Sequence record: OP870146.1
DNA: 64,000 nt
Strand: one strand, 5' to 3'
Source: Escherichia phage vB_Eco_F27
Positions within the stretch are counted from its first letter, which is position 1. Each line of letters starts with the position of its first letter. A program made the translations under genes and the position numbers. Below the pieces are notes generated by a model. It saw only the letters and a list, made by a program, of their open reading frames with translations, ran no database searches and was not told the origin of the DNA. Shown piece after piece: positions 63,934-64,000 of this stretch.

Positions 63934-63999
63934 AAACTCTATCACTATTATTTTGACACTAAAGAATTTTACAAAGAAGAAAATTATAAACCATTAAAA
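63931..63999 (+). CDS. 38: gp38 tail fibre assembly chaperone, N-terminal 23 codons (continues past window end)
   Basis: Translation MKLYHYYFDTKEFYKEENYKPLK closely matches the T4 gp38 N-terminus as recalled; SD-hairpin-AUG initiation region upstream. Confidence 0.7.
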   Translation, partial: MKLYHYYFDTKEFYKEENYKPLK

Positions 64000-64000
64000 G

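Overview
This window is a contiguous ~64 kb segment of a T4-like (Tequatrovirus-type) myophage genome, colinear with T4 from gene 13 through the start of gene 38. The major capsid protein gp23, Rnl1, Pnk, gp31, gp32, gp59, UvsY, EndoII, I-TevI and thymidylate synthase are near-identical to T4 proteins as I recall them; these comparisons are from memory, not from a database search. Layout: (i) 1-14.5 kb, plus-strand late genes for neck, terminase, tail sheath/tube, portal and head (13-24); (ii) 14.5-20.8 kb, rnlB, hoc, inh, uvsW, uvsY; (iii) 20.8-28.1 kb, baseplate genes 25, 26, 51, 27, 28, 29, 48, 54; (iv) 28.2-54.9 kb, a long minus-strand early/middle region (alt, DNA ligase 30, the 30.x ORFs, rIII, 31, cd, pseT, spanins, alc, rnlA, denA, nrdB, nrdA, intron-split td with I-TevI, frd, 32, 59, 33, dsbA, rnh); (v) 55-64 kb, long tail fibre genes 34-37 and the 5' end of 38. 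Regulatory architecture is readable directly: late TATAAATA promoters, early GTTTAC-N17-TAcTAT promoters, MotA-box middle promoters, and a family of UUCG/CGAA-tetraloop terminator hairpins. No tRNA, rRNA, CRISPR array or integrase was found. The items most worth follow-up are a full-length class I DAHP synthase gene between cd and pseT, an antisense early-gene cassette between genes 23 and 24, a translationally coupled HAD-phosphatase/NADAR pair, and clusters of small unknown early ORFs each carrying a copy of a repeated promoter-leader module. No single unambiguous novel multi-gene system could be demonstrated from sequence alone.
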